From Promethearchaeota archaeon (GTDB lineage Archaea > Asgardarchaeota > Lokiarchaeia > Sigyniarchaeales > SOKP01), in contig JBHLNT010000091.1 of assembly GCA_048941265.1 (NCBI GenBank), positions 1-16,034 of the forward strand: a stretch of DNA of 16,034 nt, written 5' to 3'. Below are positions 15,443 through 16,034 of the stretch, in pieces; the first letter of the stretch is position 1, and the number at the start of each line of letters is the position of its first letter. Both the position numbers and the translations under genes were made by a program. The notes beneath the pieces were generated by a model, which worked only from the letters and a program-made list of their open reading frames with translations, was not told the origin of the DNA and did not search any database.

Positions 15443-16034
15443 ATGATGGATCGAATAAAGAATGAATTATTGAATTTGGGTTTAAAGTTTATAAGTGTAG
15501 ATGAGAAAATAGTTAGAATTTTTCTAGAAACTAGTCCATCGAATGTTAATGAGATTGTAATTATGCCAGCAGTAAAAATGGTCATGAAAAAAATTGTCAA
15601 TAAATTACAAGATAAAAGAGTCTATGGTAGAGTTTATAATGGAACCTTAAATGGAATTAAAGTAAGTGTGGTTCGCTCATTAGTAGGGAGCCCTAATTGT
15701 TCCATTACTATCGAGAGTTTAAAAAGATGTAAGACTAAAATCATTATAAGAACTGATTTTTGCGGAGGTATTGAAAATACTTCAAGTAATATTCAAATTG
15801 GAGATATAATTATCCCCAATCTTGCCTATTGTGGAGATGGCACATCACCCCACTATATAATGAACCATTCTGAATTATCAAATCAATTGGAATCAATTCA
15901 GAATCCTATCTCTAGATTTCAACAAATAATTACAGGAAATGAAACGGTTTTTGTCTCTAAACCTCATGAAGAATTAAAAAATTTATTAATTAGCGAAGCT
16001 CGTTCTTCGATCACCAATAGAGTAAAAGAAGTCG
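15443..16034 (+). CDS. Nucleoside phosphorylase-fold protein (uridine phosphorylase/DeoD, PNP_UDP_1), 3' end outside the window
   Basis: Not in the ORF track because it runs off the window. Hand translation gives MMDRIKNEL...YNGTLNGIKVSVVRSLVGSPNCSITIESL...IIRTDFCGGI...IGDIIIPNLAYCGDGTSPHY, which parallels the UP/PNP motifs. Confidence 0.8.
   Translation, partial: MMDRIKNELLNLGLKFISVDEKIVRIFLETSPSNVNEIVIMPAVKMVMKKIVNKLQDKRVYGRVYNGTLNGIKVSVVRSLVGSPNCSITIESLKRCKTKIIIRTDFCGGIENTSSNIQIGDIIIPNLAYCGDGTSPHYIMNHSELSNQLESIQNPISRFQQIITGNETVFVSKPHEELKNLLISEARSSITNRVKEV

Noticed and set aside
1534-15600. Short ORF-track entries overlapping real genes (1534-1737, 1798-2019, 3090-3461, 3969-4175, 4240-4500, 4704-5009, 6978-7160, 7517-7765, 9108-9326, 10474-10812, 12010-12216, 14864-15073, 15409-15600)
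   Set aside because: They are antisense shadows of well-supported genes and have no recognisable motifs.
1-16034. CRISPR arrays, tRNA/rRNA genes, transposases or integrases
   Set aside because: No regularly spaced repeats, GC-rich structured RNA islands or recombinase motifs were seen; intergenic regions are short and AT-rich.

Overview
AT-rich (~30% GC by eye) archaeal chromosomal segment, most likely from an Asgard archaeon (Lokiarchaeia-like). That assignment is inferred from a class I CCA-adding enzyme, archaeal-type EngB/ApgM/Taw1, a Rab-like small GTPase and a stand-alone EF-2 paralog. Gene order: cca -> a mirror-symmetric corrinoid methyltransferase cassette (URO-D/MtaA-family, corrinoid protein, corrinoid protein, URO-D/MtaA-family) -> alpha/beta hydrolase (probable CTG start) -> divergent EF-2 with HTQ in place of the diphthamide HRG motif -> <- Rab-like GTPase with degenerate G4/G5 -> acidic repeat protein of unknown function -> engB -> apgM-like -> <- thrH <- taw1 carrying a ~90-aa winged-helix-like insertion -> partial nucleoside phosphorylase-fold gene. 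No rRNA, tRNA, CRISPR array or mobile element was seen. Family assignments come from recognised motifs; no database searches were run.
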